Source: a bacterium
GTDB taxonomy: Bacteria; Bacteroidota; Ignavibacteria; UBA10030
NCBI GenBank assembly: GCA_043803945.1
Contig: JAZDJN010000114.1
Coordinates: forward strand, 1-44,844
Reading direction: 5' to 3'
DNA length: 44,844 bases
Numbering within the stretch: the first letter of the stretch is position 1; each line of letters begins with the position of its first letter. This document shows, piece after piece, positions 19,764 to 29,700 of the stretch. The notes under the pieces were generated by a model. That model searched no databases, was not told the DNA's origin, and saw only the letters and a list, made by a program, of their open reading frames with translations. The translations under genes were made by a program, and so were the position numbers.

Positions 19764-21287
19764 TTACTCCAGTGAACCTACCGTCTTCTCCACTTCCTCC
19801 AGAATTTCGCACGACTTCACAACACCTTTCATACGCGTATGATCGGGATAGAGCGGTCGGTCCTCATCAAGATGATCGACATGCTTGCGGATGATCTCTT
19901 TTGCTTTTCTCACACCGATACCGGGTGTGAACTCACGGAAATCGAGCGCCTGCGCCGCGGCAATCAATTCAATGCCAAGAATACCGTACGCATTGTCAAG
20001 AATCTGTCCATTTTTAATTGCCGTGTTCATTCCCATGGAAACAAAATCTTCCTGGTCTGCAGCAGCAGGGATGGAAGCGACGGATGCAGGGGCTGAAAGT
20101 ATACGCTGCTCAACAATCAACATGTCCGCTGTGTATTGGCTTAGCATCAAACCGGAAAACATACCAGCACCTTTTGTAAGAAACGCAGGGAGTCCTACAC
20201 TCAGTGCCGGATTCAACAGCCGGTTCAACCTTCGTTCTGAAAGGACACTCACCATTGTCACCGCTGCTCCCACCATATCCATTGGGAGTGAGATAGGCGA
20301 GCCCTGGAAATTTGCACCGGTGAGCGTAAGCCGATGTTCAGGCAGGAATATCGGATTATCGGCAACGGCGTTTAATTCTATCTCAACCTGACGTCTTGCA
20401 TGTGCAACTGCATCGTGTGCTGCACCGATCACCTGAGGTGAAGAACGCATCGAATAGGCATCCTGGACTTTTGTCTTGATCTTGCCTGAGAGCAGATCAC
20501 TTCCCTTGATACACGCCATAATTGCCTGCGCACTGCGAATGGCTCCTGGGAACCCGCGCAGCTCATGCAGCCGTACATCATAGGGTTTCATGTTTGCAAA
20601 TAATGCTTCAAGTGACATCGCGCATGCAATCTCAGCCTGCTTCAACCACCGATTGATATCGTAAAGGTGAATTGCACTCATCGCAGTTAATAGATTTGAA
20701 CCATTGATTGCCGCCAGTCCATCTCGTGCTTGCAATCCGGGAATTGGAATACCGGCTCGCTCCATTGCAGTGCGGCCCGGAAGTATCTCGTCGCGGTAAT
20801 ACGCTTCACCTTCACCCATTAACAGCAGGGCGATTTGAGACATGGGAGCAAGATCACCGCACGCACCAACCGATCCTTTTTGGCACACAACCGGTGTCAC
20901 ACCCTTATTCAGCATCTCGACAAGTGTGAGGGTAATTTCGGGACGGCACCCGGATTTGCCTCGTGCATGAACATTAATTCTGCCCGCCATTGCACCGCGC
21001 ACATACTCAATCGGAGCCGGATCGCCGATGCCAGCGGCGTGGTTGTAAATCAAGTATCTCTGGAATTGCTTTACTTGATCATCGTTCAAAACGATTTCGG
21101 AGAATTCTCCGATGCCGGTGTTAGTACCGTACATAATTTCGCGTGCCTGAAGTTTTTCTTCCAACATTGCACGGCATGCTTTAATACGTTCAAGAGCGTC
21201 GGCATGTAACTCAACGGGTTCATTGTATCTGGCAATTCGGACAAGCTGTTCAATGGTAAGTCCGCTTCCTTGGAGTACGATGGGCAT
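19764..21287 (-). CDS. hutH: Aromatic amino acid ammonia-lyase, histidine ammonia-lyase-like, with Ala-Cys-Gly at the MIO site
   Basis: YGTNTGIG, GSVGACGDLAP, INGS, QDAYSMR, DNP, GANFQG and QEDFVSMG motifs. Confidence 0.8.
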   Translation of the reverse strand: MPIVLQGSGLTIEQLVRIARYNEPVELHADALERIKACRAMLEEKLQAREIMYGTNTGIGEFSEIVLNDDQVKQFQRYLIYNHAAGIGDPAPIEYVRGAMAGRINVHARGKSGCRPEITLTLVEMLNKGVTPVVCQKGSVGACGDLAPMSQIALLLMGEGEAYYRDEILPGRTAMERAGIPIPGLQARDGLAAINGSNLLTAMSAIHLYDINRWLKQAEIACAMSLEALFANMKPYDVRLHELRGFPGAIRSAQAIMACIKGSDLLSGKIKTKVQDAYSMRSSPQVIGAAHDAVAHARRQVEIELNAVADNPIFLPEHRLTLTGANFQGSPISLPMDMVGAAVTMVSVLSERRLNRLLNPALSVGLPAFLTKGAGMFSGLMLSQYTADMLIVEQRILSAPASVASIPAAADQEDFVSMGMNTAIKNGQILDNAYGILGIELIAAAQALDFREFTPGIGVRKAKEIIRKHVDHLDEDRPLYPDHTRMKGVVKSCEILEEVEKTVGSLE

Positions 21288-21397
21288 AGAATTTCCTTTT
21301 AGCTGAGGGATAACGAAGATTTGACAAAATGTAGGTGTGCTTCAATTGAAAGGCAATGGTTAATTATTTGTTTTGATGAATTATCACATATAAGAAA

Positions 21398-21630
21398 TGG
21401 AATCAATGAATCAATTATCCATTGATCCAATGAACCCCTGACTCATTGAATCATTGAGCCATTTTCCAATCGTCATTCCCCAATCCTATTTTCGCTTCGT
21501 TCTCTCCTCTATTCTCATATTCCCATATTTCTTCATTCCCTATTTTTCTTCTCCCACTCTCATATTCTCACATTATCATATTCTCATATTTCCATATTCT
21601 CACACCCTCATACTTCTCCTCCTCTTACTT
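21398..21630. repeat. Degenerate 8-mer tracts in a divergent intergenic region
   Basis: GAATCAAT/ATTGAATC units, then ATTCTCATATTCCCATATTT...CATATTCTCACATTATCATATTCTCAT (the complement type of the 14533 and 26570 tracts). Confidence 0.75.
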
Positions 21631-21703
21631 TTTCCCGTTGCTTAAATCCTTTCGTTGATGTATACTCTGGCGTCTTTCAGATGGTTCTCTTTCAATATTC
21701 TTC

Positions 21704-21818
21704 TTTACCACAGAGGCACTGAGACACAGAGCAATAGATGAATAAATTATTGTTCTAAGCTTTTAGTGTCTTGGCGTTTTTGCCTGCCCCGAACGATTTT
21801 TGTTCGGGGGCGATTAAT
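21704..21818. repeat. 9-mer-arm element with a nested CCCCGAAC...GTTCGGGG hairpin
   Basis: TTACCACAGAGGCACTGAGACACAGAG ... TAGTGTCTTGGCGTTTTTG[CCTGCCCCGAACGATTTTTGTTCGGGG]GCGATTAA. Confidence 0.65.
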
Positions 21819-21847
21819 TTGTTTCCAGAAAAGGAAGGGATCACTTT

Positions 21848-23089
21848 ATGACTTCCCGCGAACGTGTTCTCACCGCTTTGAATCATCAGGAGCCTGATCG
21901 TGTACCGATCGACTGCTCGGGTCACCGCTCATCGGGCATTGCCGCATTGCTCTATCCAAAACTCCGTAAATACCTTGGTCTGCCGGAAAGGCCGGTCTAT
22001 GTCTACGATCCGGTCCAACAGCTTGCCATACTCGATGACGATATCCTCGAACGCTTTGGCATCGATACAATTGAACTGGGCAGGGCATTTGCTCTCGGTG
22101 ATGAACATTGGGCCGATTGGGTGCTGCCCGATGGTACACCGTGCAAAATGCTGGTCTGGGCTCTGCCTGAGCGTGAGGGAAAACGATGGGTTATCAAATC
22201 GAAATCTGGAAATGTCATCGCTCAAATGCCCGATGGGGCAATCTACTTCGAACAAACCAGCTATCCATTTTATGAGCAGGACGATCTCAACGCGATTCCT
22301 GAGGCAATGGAAGAATCGATGTGGACTGCTGTTGCCTCACCTCCCGGCCCGCTTGCTGCTGCAGGACCGCAAGGAGATACCGCGCTACGCGAAGGTGCCC
22401 GCCGATTGCGGTCTTCGACCGACAGAGCAATACTCGGTCTCTTCGGCGGTAACCTGTTGGAAATGGGACAATTTCTTTACCGCAACGATAATTTTCTCCT
22501 GCTGCTTGCTATGGATCCACCGAAAGTTCATGCTTTCCTCGATAAGATCGTCGAGATGCATCTGAAAAATCTGGAGCGGTTTCTCGGCCTTGTGGGCGAT
22601 TCCATCGACATTGTTGTCTTCGGTGACGACCTTGGCATGCAGAACGGCCCGCAAATGTCGCCGGCAATGTACCGTGAATATTTTAAACCGCGCCACAGGA
22701 TCATGTGGAAACGAGCAAAACAGTTGGCGAATGTGAAAGTGAAACTCCACTGCTGCGGCGGCGTGCGCGAGTTGCTTCCCGACCTGATCGAAGCGGGGCT
22801 CGATGCCATCAATCCTGTGCAGATCAGTTGCGATGGTATGGATGCCAGCGAGTTGAAGAAAGAATTCGGAAAAGATCTTGTGTTCTGGGGTGGAGGGTGC
22901 GATACACAGAAAATTCTTCCCCTAAGTACACCTGCTGAAGTGAGAGCACATGTCCGCAATCAGGTGAACACTATGAAACCGGGTGGAGGATTTGTGTTCC
23001 AGCAGGTACATAACATGTTGGCAAATGTCCCGCCGGAAAATGTGGAGGCAATGTTTGACGAGGTGAAACTTATTGGTAACTACAGATAA
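21848..23089 (+). CDS. Uroporphyrinogen decarboxylase / MtaA-CmuA methyltransferase superfamily protein
   Basis: MTSRERV...EPDRVPID, GDDLGMQ, HCCG, NPVQ, FWGGG-DTQ and VHN...VPPEN motifs. Confidence 0.85.
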   Translation: MTSRERVLTALNHQEPDRVPIDCSGHRSSGIAALLYPKLRKYLGLPERPVYVYDPVQQLAILDDDILERFGIDTIELGRAFALGDEHWADWVLPDGTPCKMLVWALPEREGKRWVIKSKSGNVIAQMPDGAIYFEQTSYPFYEQDDLNAIPEAMEESMWTAVASPPGPLAAAGPQGDTALREGARRLRSSTDRAILGLFGGNLLEMGQFLYRNDNFLLLLAMDPPKVHAFLDKIVEMHLKNLERFLGLVGDSIDIVVFGDDLGMQNGPQMSPAMYREYFKPRHRIMWKRAKQLANVKVKLHCCGGVRELLPDLIEAGLDAINPVQISCDGMDASELKKEFGKDLVFWGGGCDTQKILPLSTPAEVRAHVRNQVNTMKPGGGFVFQQVHNMLANVPPENVEAMFDEVKLIGNYR

Positions 23090-23223
23090 TGGAGTAAATA
23101 AAATCTCAAATAGCAAATATCGTAATGAATCAGCGTGTTATTTCCAGCTTCAAGGTAATTTCCATTTTTAGCAGAATGCCGTAGAACTTGATTAATGAAT
23201 TGTAGATCGTATACAGAATAAAT

Positions 23224-23346
23224 TCCCCCTTTCGTAAAGGGGGTATGGGGGATTTGGTTTTCGCTCTGCTACTATGATAGAGTTACGATCGAGAAATATT
23301 TGCAGCTTCCAGAGAAATCCCACCGACCCCCTTTGGCAAAGGGGGA
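23224..23346. repeat. Inverted pair of REP-like hairpins
   Basis: TCCCCCTTTCGTAAAGGGGGTATGGGGGATTT ... AAATCCCACCGACCCCCTTTGGCAAAGGGGGA. Confidence 0.8.
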
Positions 23347-23457
23347 GAAAGAAAAGAAAAGCACTCATTGGACTATTGAACATGCTGAGTAAATACGACA
23401 CTTGATTTTTGATACCACGTATTGATCTCCTAATCACCGCTCGAATGGCTGGATTAC

Positions 23458-24990
23458 ATGACACTTTCCTTTTTTGACCTCACTGTGTTTGTTCTCTTCT
23501 ATGGAATTATCATCTCCCTCAGTCTATATAAAAGCAGGCATGAGAAGAACAGCGAAGATTACTTTCTCGCCAGCCGAAGTCTCCCATGGTGGCTCATTGG
23601 AATCTCAATCGTTGCAGCCAACATCTCAACGGAACAATTCGTTGGCATGGCAGGGCAGGGGGCAGGCGGTGTAGGCCTCGCTGTCAGCAACTGGCAGCTT
23701 GCCGGTACGGTAGGCATTGTGATCATAGCGTTCACATTACTGCCGCGGTTTCTGAAGGCCGGCATTTATACCATCCCTGAATTTCTGGAATACCGCTACA
23801 ACGTAGCCGCGCGTGCGGTGATGGCGCTCTTTACTGTAATTATTTATACGGTAGTCCTTCTTCCGGCAGTGCTGTATTCGGGCGGATTAACACTTGAGAC
23901 GGTATTCGGTATCCCGATCCATCAGGGAGTCTGGATGATCGGTATCATTGCTGCCATCTATACAACCTGGGGAGGATTGAAAGCGGTGGCATGGGCAGAC
24001 CTTCTGCAGGGCATTGCGCTCCTGCTTGGAGGATTGTTAATGTTTGCCCTCGGCCTCGCTGCGTGCGGCGGCTGGTCGGCATTTACATCTCACAATGCCG
24101 AGAAGCTTCATATGATTCTTCCTGCCACGCACGAAGGATTACCCTGGACCGGTGTGGTTTCGGGTTTGTGGATTGTGATTCTGTATTATTGCGGGTTGAA
24201 TCAATTCATTGTGCAACGCAACCTTGCTGCCAAAACACTTCGTGACGGACAACTTGGAGTGATCTTTGCGGGAGCGTTATGGCTGCTGGTTCCATTCGCC
24301 ATCGTTATGCCGGGCATTATGGCATACCAGCTTTTCGGCGATCAGTTGACGCGGCCCGACCAGGCATTTCCAATGATGCTGCGCGAAGTCATTCCCTCCG
24401 GGCTGCGCGGATTTATGTTTGCGGCACTCGCCGGAGCAGTGATCAGTTCTCTTGCATCGATGCTTAATTCAGCGGCTACGATTTTTACGATGGATATCTA
24501 TAATAGACTATATGACAGATCGGCCTCGCAACGATCTCTCGTGTTCCTCGGCCGCTTTCTCACGCTTCTCTTTGTAATCCTGAGTTGTTGGCTCGCACCT
24601 TCGCTACAGGATCCGAAATTCGGCGGTGTGTTCCAGTTCATTCAACAATTTCAAGGGTACATCTGGCCAGGCGTGGTGGCTGTTTTTCTTTTCGGCATAC
24701 TCGTCCCCGAAACACCCGGCTCTGCCGGTGTCGTGGGCTTGATTGCCGGAACGGTGATCTATGGAGTGTTCCAGCTCTTTGCCGGTTCACTTCATTTCCT
24801 CATCCAGGTGGCGTTGACGTTCCAACTTGTTCTGTTCATTATGGCAGTACAGACATTTTTCTTTCCAAGAAAAGAACCAGCAAAGCTTCCGGTGAGGGAG
24901 GAGATGAATGTTGCTACAGAACCGATCGTGAAGTGGATCGGGGGCGGTGTGATTTGTTGCGTAGCACTCTTCTATATTTTTTTCTGGTAA
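23458..24990 (+). CDS. Sodium:solute symporter (SLC5), SglT-like sugar transporter
   Basis: EDYFLASRSLPWW, AANISTEQFVGMAG, GGLKAVAWAD, NQFIVQR and SSLASMLNS motifs. Confidence 0.93.
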   Translation: MTLSFFDLTVFVLFYGIIISLSLYKSRHEKNSEDYFLASRSLPWWLIGISIVAANISTEQFVGMAGQGAGGVGLAVSNWQLAGTVGIVIIAFTLLPRFLKAGIYTIPEFLEYRYNVAARAVMALFTVIIYTVVLLPAVLYSGGLTLETVFGIPIHQGVWMIGIIAAIYTTWGGLKAVAWADLLQGIALLLGGLLMFALGLAACGGWSAFTSHNAEKLHMILPATHEGLPWTGVVSGLWIVILYYCGLNQFIVQRNLAAKTLRDGQLGVIFAGALWLLVPFAIVMPGIMAYQLFGDQLTRPDQAFPMMLREVIPSGLRGFMFAALAGAVISSLASMLNSAATIFTMDIYNRLYDRSASQRSLVFLGRFLTLLFVILSCWLAPSLQDPKFGGVFQFIQQFQGYIWPGVVAVFLFGILVPETPGSAGVVGLIAGTVIYGVFQLFAGSLHFLIQVALTFQLVLFIMAVQTFFFPRKEPAKLPVREEMNVATEPIVKWIGGGVICCVALFYIFFW

Positions 24991-25053
24991 CCGTACTGAA
25001 AGAATACTGTCAGCAATTTGAGGAATAATTTCGAGATCTTCTTTAAAAAAATC

Positions 25054-25150
25054 TGTCTCACCCGCAAATGCGGGTGTCCAGTGTCTTTCCTTACGATTGT
25101 TATCTTTCTCAAAGGAGCTGGATTCCCGCTAGAAGCATGCGGGAATGACA
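25054..25150. repeat. Inverted pair of REP-like hairpins (GTCATTCCCGC type)
   Basis: TGTCTCACCCGCAAATGCGGGTGTCCAG ... CTGGATTCCCGCTAGAAGCATGCGGGAATGACA. A related half lies at 30178-30210. Confidence 0.75.
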
Positions 25151-25232
25151 GATCCTTTTTATACTTATAGAAAACCTTGACGGGGATGTGGTTATATGAT
25201 ATGAATGCAATATTATTGTGAAAGGTTAATGC

Positions 25233-26588
25233 ATGCAGCGTTTTAGATATATCCTGTTTGTTACGGTCGTCACTGCACTTGGTGGAATATTGTTTGGGTA
25301 CGATACGGCAGTCATCGCCGGTGCCATCGGTAACCTTGAAAAATATTTTAACCTGAATCCCTTTCAAACCGGGTGGGCTGGCGCCAGTGCCATAATTGGC
25401 TGCATTCCTGGAGCGATGGTCGCCGGCTTTCTCAGTGATCGTTACGGAAGGAAGAAGATTCTCCTGTTGAGCGCTGTGCTCTATACGATCTCGGCAATCT
25501 GGTCTGCAATACCTCAAACCCTTACTGAATTTATTATCGCCCGTTTCATCGGCGGTGTTGGTATCGGTGTGTCGTCGATGGTGTGTCCTACTTACATTGC
25601 CGAGATCGCTCCTGAGAAATATCGCGGACGGCTCGCGGCTCTCTTCCAGCTTGGGATAGTCATAGGAATCTTTGTCGTGTTCTTCATTAACATGCTCATT
25701 CAACAAATGGGAGATGAAGTCTGGAATCTCAATTCTGGCTGGCGCTGGATGCTGGGATCGGAAACATTGCCGGCAGCTCTCTTCTTCTTCCTCCTATTTC
25801 TAGTGCCGGAAAGTCCGCGGTGGCTTTTGCAAAATCGGCGAGAAAATCAAGCGCGTGGAATTTTAAATCGAATGGTCGGAGCAGAACAGGCCGAGCGGGA
25901 TATTGCGGCTGTGAAAGCAGTCTCCGGCGAAGAGGAGGGAAAATTTGTTGAGTTGTTCGAACCGACCTGGCGAAAACCGCTGATCATTGCTATCGGGCTG
26001 GCGCTCTTCGCCCAATTCAGCGGGATTAACTCCATTATGTACTACGCCCCGGAAGTCTTTAAATCCGCCGGTGCAACGACCGATGCAGCATTTACCTCAT
26101 CGGTGTGGGTTGGACTGATCAATCTCATCTTTACATTTGTCGCCATTGCCTATGTCGATCGAGCGGGAAGAAAAATATTATTGGTGATTGGAACATTCAT
26201 TCAAACGCTTTCGCTCGGGTATGTCGGATGGAAATTTTATGAGGGCGGAGGCGGAGTAAGCCTCCTGATCGGCGTACTCGCATTTGTCGGGGCGTTCTCC
26301 ATGGCAATGGGACCCGTTCCCTGGATCATGATTTCAGAAATTTTCCCGGGCCGCATCCGGGGGCGTGCTGCTTCCGTGGGAGTCCTTACCATCTGGGTCT
26401 GCTGCTATATCGTGGCTCAAACCTTTCCCATGCTTACCGATTCGATTGGCGCCGCGAAAACTTTCTGGATCTATGCTCTCTGCTCACTAGCCAGCCTCAT
26501 CTTTGTGATCTTCTATGTCCCGGAGACGAAAGGGAAGACATTGGAAGAGATTGAGATGGGGTGGAGGAGTAAGAGTGTAGGAGTGTGA
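25233..26588 (+). CDS. MFS sugar porter (XylE/AraE-like)
   Basis: GILFGYDTAVIAG, DRYGRK, PESPRWL, QFSGINSIMYY and PETKGKTLEEIE motifs. Confidence 0.95.
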   Translation: MQRFRYILFVTVVTALGGILFGYDTAVIAGAIGNLEKYFNLNPFQTGWAGASAIIGCIPGAMVAGFLSDRYGRKKILLLSAVLYTISAIWSAIPQTLTEFIIARFIGGVGIGVSSMVCPTYIAEIAPEKYRGRLAALFQLGIVIGIFVVFFINMLIQQMGDEVWNLNSGWRWMLGSETLPAALFFFLLFLVPESPRWLLQNRRENQARGILNRMVGAEQAERDIAAVKAVSGEEEGKFVELFEPTWRKPLIIAIGLALFAQFSGINSIMYYAPEVFKSAGATTDAAFTSSVWVGLINLIFTFVAIAYVDRAGRKILLVIGTFIQTLSLGYVGWKFYEGGGGVSLLIGVLAFVGAFSMAMGPVPWIMISEIFPGRIRGRAASVGVLTIWVCCYIVAQTFPMLTDSIGAAKTFWIYALCSLASLIFVIFYVPETKGKTLEEIEMGWRSKSVGV

Positions 26589-26680
26589 GAGTGTAGGAGT
26601 GGGAGAGTGGGAGAGTGGGAGACGGGGGGAATGGGAGAATGTTGGAATGAGAAAATGTGTGAATGTGAAAATATGGGCGT
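26566..26680 (+). repeat. Purine-rich 8-mer tract (GAGTGGGA)n starting inside the last codons of the MFS gene
   Basis: GAGTAAGAGTGTAGGAGTGTGAGAGTGTAGGAGTGGGAGAGTGGGAGAGTGGGAGA... Confidence 0.85.
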
Positions 26681-26761
26681 GAAGAAAAACGCAATATCGA
26701 TTGCCTTACACTAAAGGATAATCCGATATTGAAAGCTGGTTTGAGATCTCTTTTGAAAACC

Positions 26762-29700
26762 ATGAAACGAAATATATTTCCAATTCTTTTCCTGTGGATA
26801 ATCACTATTACTAGTGTAGTCGCACAACCACGAACTGCGATTGACCTTTCAGGGAAGTGGGGATTTGAGATTGATCGAAAGGATGTTGGAGTACAGGAAC
26901 GATGGTTTGCTCGTTCTCTGAAGGAATCGATCATGCTTCCGGGTTCAATGACAGAGAATGGCAAGGGTGACGAGGTCTCTGTGAACACTGAATGGACTGG
27001 AAGCATCATCGATAAATCCTGGTTCACGGAAAAGGAATATGAGAAATACCGTCAACCCGGTAATATCAAAATCCCGTTCTGGCTGCAACCGGTAAAATAC
27101 TATGTGGGTCCCGCTTGGTACCAAAAAGAAATCGTCATACCTGATAATTGGGTGAATAAACAGATACTCCTCTCTCTCGAGCGCTGCCATTGGGAAACAC
27201 AACTATGGGTGGATGAGCAACAGGTTGGTATGCGCAACAGTTTAAGCACACCAAATCGATTCGATCTCACAAAAATCTTGCAGCCTGGAAAACACACAAT
27301 GAGCCTCAGAATCGATAATCGTGTGAAAGATATTTATGTTGGACGCGATGCTCACAGTGTTACCGATCATACCCAATCGAACTGGAATGGAATCATCGGT
27401 AAAATTGAACTTCAATCGCTGCCGGAAATCACACTTGAGGATCTCCAGCTATTTCCGGATATCGCCTTGAAGCAAGTGAAAGTTCGATGCACGATGGTCA
27501 ATAGTGGTGAAAATCCAGTCCAGGGTGCAATAACAATGAGGGCAAAAAACCTCTCTCCATCCATCAAACAACGTGTTCAACCGTTGACTGAGAGTCTTAC
27601 CGTGCCACCGGGTCAGCATGCTGTCGAGTATTTTCTCTCAATGGGATCAGATGCAGCATTGTGGGATGAGTTTCATCCGAACATGTATAAACTTCAGATA
27701 GACCTTCTTGACAAAGATAAGAAGGTGCTCGATACCAGGATTACCACTTTTGGCATGAGAGAGTTCAAAACGCAGAGGACTCGTTTTACAATAAACGGCA
27801 ACGAGATATTTCTACGCGGCACATTGGAGTGCGCAATCTTTCCAAAGACCGGTTACCCCTCGATGGAGGAACAAGAATGGAAACGAATCTTTGCCGTCTG
27901 TAAAGCATACGGCTTGAACCACATGCGATTTCATTCATGGTGTCCTCCCGATGCAGCGTTCCGTGCGGCTGATAAGCTGGGAATATATCTGAGTGTCGAA
28001 ATATGCGGGTGGACGAATGTCGGTGACGGAAAGCCGTACGATAATTGGCTCTATGAAGAGAGTGAGCGCATCGTGAAGGAATATGGCAACCATCCGTCGT
28101 TCTGTATGATGGCCTACGGGAACGAACCGAACGGAAAAAACATGGAACGATTCCTCGGTGATTTTGTCTTGTATTGGAAGAAAAACGATACCCGCAGAGT
28201 ATATACCAGTGCTTCCGGATGGCCGCTGATTAATGAGAACGACTACCACAGTACGCCAACGCCGAGGATCCAGGGATGGGGTGAAGAGCTCAGGAGTGTA
28301 ATCAATGCGCAGCCGCCGCAGACAATGTTCGACTACCGGGAATTTATCTCCAAACAGGATAAACCGGTTGTGAGTCATGAGATCGGACAATGGTGCGTCT
28401 ATCCGAATTTCAACGAGACGAAAAAATACTCGGGTGTGCTGAAGCCGAAGAACTTTGAGATTTTTAAGGAAACACTTGAGAAGAATCATCTGGGGCATCT
28501 CGCAAACCGGTTTCTGCTCGCTTCAGGCAAACTGCAGGCACTCTGTTATAAGCACGATATTGAAGCCGCGTTGCGGACTCCGGGTATGGCCGGATTTCAA
28601 TTGCTCGATCTTCACGATTTTCCCGGCCAGGGCACTGCACTTGTCGGAGTGCTCGATCCGTTCTGGGAGGAAAAAGGATACGTCACGGCAGCCGAATACT
28701 CACGGTTCTGCAACTCAACCGTTCCGTTGACACGAATGAAAAAAACTTCTTGGACGAATGACGAGAAGTTCGTTGCCGATGTTGAAGCAGCACACTTTGG
28801 CGATGGACCGCTGCACGGAGTAAAGCCGCGGTGGGTGGTAAAGAATGCAGATGGACGAATAATCCGCTCTGGAGAGTTCAAGCAAACAACGATTTCGATC
28901 GGCAATGCTCAACCATTGGGCTCGGTTCGCTTACCATTAGAAGAGTTCAATTCGGCAACAAAGCTTATGCTCGCCGTATGCCTTGAACGGATGAACAAAA
29001 CGAAGGTACTTCAGCGATTTGATAATTCCTGGGACTTCTGGGTGTATCCGGCAACGTTACCAGAGGTGGATTCAGAAAATATTCTTGTCGCTCAAAAACT
29101 CGATCAGTCTGCCATTGAGCATCTGAATCGGGGCGGAAATCTTCTCCTCACACTCAAAAAGGGATCGCTCAAACCTGAAAAAGGTGGTGCAGTAAAAGTT
29201 GGGTTCTCCAGTATTTTCTGGAATACAGCCTGGACGAGCAAGCAGGCGCCGCACACACTCGGCATCCTCTGTGATCCGAAGCATGCAGCGCTCAAAGAAT
29301 TTCCAACGGAGCACTACAGCAACTGGCAATGGTGGGATGCGATGGCACATGCTCAGGCGATCGCGCTTAAGGATTTCTCTCCGGACTTTACGCCAATTGT
29401 CCGTGTGATTGATGACTGGTTTACTAATCGAAGTCTAGGGCTGATCGTTGAAATGAAGGTCGGCAAAGGGAAAGTGTTGATGACCGGAATCGATCTTCTC
29501 AGAGATCTGGACAATCGTGTGGAGGCACGACAACTGCTCTATAGTCTTAAGAAATACATGGCAAGCAGCCATTTTCAGCCGAAGGAACAGGTTCAGCTCT
29601 CTTTGCTTCAATCATTTTTCAGAGACCCCAATCCTCTGGAAGATGCAAGAATCATCGAATTTGATAGCGAGGTAAAGACACTTGAAGCAATCAATGTCAT

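Noticed and set aside
19385-19894. 169-aa and 76-aa plus-strand ORFs
   Set aside because: They are translations of low-complexity 7-mer tracts and the antisense of the hutH end.
21848-23089. Calling this gene hemE
   Set aside because: It lacks the HemE RQAGR motif, has HCCG instead, and has no heme-pathway context.
24972-25706. Long antisense ORFs (also 8300-9214, 1908-2468, 27935-28498, 37681-38217)
   Set aside because: They are shadows of well-supported genes on the opposite strand.
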